A stretch of 64,000 nt of DNA, taken from positions 2,560,001 to 2,624,000 of the forward strand of contig CAXXUK010000001.1 of assembly GCA_963665125.2 (NCBI GenBank). The letters run 5' to 3'. The stretch comes from an uncultured Desulfarculus sp. Its GTDB lineage: Bacteria; Desulfobacterota; Desulfarculia; Desulfarculales; Desulfarculaceae. A program made the translations under genes and the position numbers. Positions 61,573-64,000 of the stretch are shown in pieces. The notes under the pieces are model-generated. The model ran no database searches and was not told the origin of the DNA. It saw only the letters and a list, made by a program, of their open reading frames with translations. Numbering within the stretch: position 1 is the stretch's first letter; every line of letters starts with the position of its first letter.

Positions 61573-62336
61573 TCTTCGTCCTCACCGTCGGGCAGGGGGC
61601 CGTGGCTCTTGTCCAGCCGATAAAGCAAAGTGTAGATCTTTTCTCGCCAGATCCACACCGGGGCCACGAAGGCCAAACTCAATACCAGCAGCAGGGCGAA
61701 GCTCCAGTACTGTTCGTGGTACACCAAAGCCCCTTGCAGGCTCAGCATTAGGGTGCCGGGAATGCGGCCGATGGATGAAAGGACCATGAACACGGGCCAG
61801 CGCATGGGCGAAACACCCAGCACATAGCACAGCACGTCCTTGGGGAAGCCCGGGAACACGAAAAAGATGAAGCTGATGACAACGCCCTGGCGCTCCATGA
61901 CCACGGCCATTCTGGACATGTAGGCGGGCGGCACCAGGCGGTCCACCAGGCCCTTGCCCAGCAGGCGGGCCAGAAAAAAGTTGATCCAGGAGGCGATGGA
62001 CAGGCCGATGGTGGAATAAAGAAGGGCCTCCCACCAGCCGAAGATGTAGCCTCCGGCCGCGCCCACCAGTTCGCCGGGGATGGGCGAAAAGATGACCTGG
62101 GCTATCTGGAAGCCGATAAAGACCAGCGGCCCCCATGCGCCGTAGGATTCAATGCGCTGGCGGAAGGTGTCGCGGTCGCTGACAACTTCCCACATATCCA
62201 GGGACCATGCGTAGAGGGGCTGCCAATATATCCACAGCATCACGCAACACGCGGCAAAGGCGGCCAGCACGAGCCAAAGCCGCCAGCCGCCCCGTTTGAT
62301 GGCCTCTTTAAAGTCGAACTTGGGCAGTTTTTTCAC
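61569..62336 (-). CDS. TVP38/TMEM64 (VTT/DedA) family membrane protein
   Basis: G.WGPLVFI..Q..QV...PIPGE, GG..FG, PGFPKD.LCY..G, GRIP. Confidence 0.9.
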   Translation of the reverse strand: MKKLPKFDFKEAIKRGGWRLWLVLAAFAACCVMLWIYWQPLYAWSLDMWEVVSDRDTFRQRIESYGAWGPLVFIGFQIAQVIFSPIPGELVGAAGGYIFGWWEALLYSTIGLSIASWINFFLARLLGKGLVDRLVPPAYMSRMAVVMERQGVVISFIFFVFPGFPKDVLCYVLGVSPMRWPVFMVLSSIGRIPGTLMLSLQGALVYHEQYWSFALLLVLSLAFVAPVWIWREKIYTLLYRLDKSHGPLPDGEDED

Positions 62337-63682
62337 TTGTTTTTATCGCGGTTGCGCAGTCCGGGCTGGCCGGTGGACTCCAGAACCGAACGCCACAAGC
62401 CTCCCGTGGGGCTGATCCGTTTGGTGTGGCTGATGGCCAATTCATTGGGAACATGCACGAAGTGGTTGTTCCACATTGACACCAGCATGCCCGTGCAACC
62501 GTGCATGCCCGCGTGCACGGCGTGATGGCCCAGGGAGCCGGTATAGATGCGGTCGCCGCTGTTGGCCGGCACCGAACGCACCAGATACGACGGATCAATG
62601 TATTTCAGGTTCAGTTCCAAGCCCTTGTCATGGAAATAGGTGGCGATTTCCTGCTTGAGAAATGTGCCGATATCGCCCAGCTTCTGGTTGCCGCTGGCGT
62701 CCCGGCCCAGCAGGTTGGGGTCAAAGTGCTCCTGGCCCGCGCCTTCGGCCACGACGATCACGGCGTGGCCTCTGTCCACAACCCGGTGGACCAGGCATTC
62801 CATCAGGCCATAGGGGCCCTGAATGTCAAAGGGGACTTCGGGCACCAGGCAGAAGTTCACCTCGCTGAGGGCCAGGGTGGCGTTGGCGGCCACGAATCCG
62901 GCGTTGCGGCCCATGACCTTGACCAGGCCGATGCCGTGCGGCGAGCCTTCGGCCTCGTTGTGGGCGCCCAGGATGGCCCTGGTGGCCGCATCCACGGCGG
63001 TCTGGAAACCGAAAGTCAGGTCCACGAATGAAATATCATTGTCAATGGTCTTGGGAATTGTAATCAAGGAGATCTTGAGGTTGCGGGAGGTGATTTCCTT
63101 GTAGATCTTTTGGGCGGCCCGCAACGTGCCGTCGCCGCCGATCATGAAAAGCATGCCGATATTCTGGCGCTCCAGCGAATCGACGACCTCTTCAATGGGC
63201 TGCGGCCCCCGGCTCATGCCCAGAAATGAGCCGCCACGGCCGTGGATCTGCTGGGCGACCTTGGGCGTCAGGTCCACGAAGTCGTGGCCGTACGCGGGGA
63301 TGAAGCCCTGCAGGCCATAGCGCACGCCCACAATATTGCGAACTCCATACATGTAGTAAAGTTGCAGGACTATGGCCCGGACCAGGGAGTTGAGGCCGGG
63401 GCACATTCCGCCGCACGTCACGATGGCCGCTTTAAGCTTGGTGGGGTCGAAATAGATCTTTTTCTGGGGTCCGGCCAGTTCGAAACCCGGCGGAGCTTCC
63501 TCGCCTTCCCGGTAAGAGCACTCGTATGGGTTCACCAAAACCCTGGGGCTTTCTTCGTCAAGAAACCGGAAGCCCTCGCTGTCGGAGGTCTCCATGCTTG
63601 CCAAAGGATTGGGGATTTTGGCCGGCCCGAGACGGGGCACTAAGGTTTCTTCGGGAGAGACCGTATGTCTGGTCTTGTTCAC
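62333..63682 (-). CDS. pfkA: 6-phosphofructokinase, ATP-dependent (PPi-PFK-like clade)
   Basis: TCGG.CPG.N, GGS.LG.SRG, GGDGT (Gly = ATP-type), PKTIDND, MGR, YIDPSY. Confidence 0.93.
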   Translation of the reverse strand: MNKTRHTVSPEETLVPRLGPAKIPNPLASMETSDSEGFRFLDEESPRVLVNPYECSYREGEEAPPGFELAGPQKKIYFDPTKLKAAIVTCGGMCPGLNSLVRAIVLQLYYMYGVRNIVGVRYGLQGFIPAYGHDFVDLTPKVAQQIHGRGGSFLGMSRGPQPIEEVVDSLERQNIGMLFMIGGDGTLRAAQKIYKEITSRNLKISLITIPKTIDNDISFVDLTFGFQTAVDAATRAILGAHNEAEGSPHGIGLVKVMGRNAGFVAANATLALSEVNFCLVPEVPFDIQGPYGLMECLVHRVVDRGHAVIVVAEGAGQEHFDPNLLGRDASGNQKLGDIGTFLKQEIATYFHDKGLELNLKYIDPSYLVRSVPANSGDRIYTGSLGHHAVHAGMHGCTGMLVSMWNNHFVHVPNELAISHTKRISPTGGLWRSVLESTGQPGLRNRDKNK

Positions 63683-63848
63683 CGCAAGCCTCCGGTTTTT
63701 AGTGAGTCTCTAACTGCAAACTAACATTCGCCACATTCAGGGTCAAGCAGGCAAGTGCTTTACAAACCGCACCATTGTGTTACGATTTGGTCCGCAAACA
63801 AGACACTGGGCGGCCACGGGCCGTATGCCAATAAATGGAGAAATAAAA

Positions 63849-64000
63849 ATGATTTCACAGTTCACGGTTGAAGGCGTTCGCCGCGTGACCTTCGGGTGTG
63901 GCGCCGCCGCCAAGTTGGGCGGTGAGGCGGCCCTTATCGGCGCTAAAAAAGCATTGGTGGTTCTGGACCCTGCCATAGCCGAACTGGGCGTGGCGGCCCC
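63849..64000 (+). CDS. Iron-containing alcohol dehydrogenase, N-terminal fragment
   Basis: Manual translation MISQFTVEGVRRVTFGCGAAAKLGGEAALIGAKKALVVLDPAIAELGVA; GGAG RBS. Confidence 0.78.
   Translation, partial: MISQFTVEGVRRVTFGCGAAAKLGGEAALIGAKKALVVLDPAIAELGVAA

Overview
A GC-rich bacterial chromosome segment. Gene content and order (ispE-spoVG-tRNA-Gln-prs-rplY-pth, carD, DUF1844, TauE/SLC13 transporters, stand-alone FMN glutamate synthase) suggest an anaerobic, probably sulfate-reducing deltaproteobacterium (Desulfobacterota); this is an inference. About 60 genes are present: core housekeeping genes (prfA, rpmE, rho, hppA, pth, rplY, prs, ispE, degP-like, serA, lipB, era, rnc, pabA/pabBC, acs, pfk), envelope glycosyl-modification genes, transporters and a class III ribonucleotide reductase operon. 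No CRISPR array, rRNA, transposase or prophage gene was seen. The strongest hidden signal is a likely AhpD/CMD-family selenoprotein that the ORF track splits in two (38569-39111, minus strand), with an in-frame UGA in a CxxU motif followed by a SECIS-like GGUC-loop hairpin. Other candidates: (i) a three-gene tail on the nrdD-redoxin-nrdG operon encoding a motif-degenerate ComEC-like metallo-beta-lactamase fold protein and two paralogous mini-HNH proteins; (ii) an SLC13 transporter + CBS + truncated PEP-synthase-like phosphotransferase + beta-helix protein module; (iii) an NCS2 permease fused to a degenerate RsbW-like HATPase domain; (iv) REP/MITE-like palindromic repeats; (v) a palindrome-rich AT-rich control region between a pseudo-ATPase-XRE-cupin regulator and glutamate synthase. 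All family assignments come from motif recognition by eye, not database searches.
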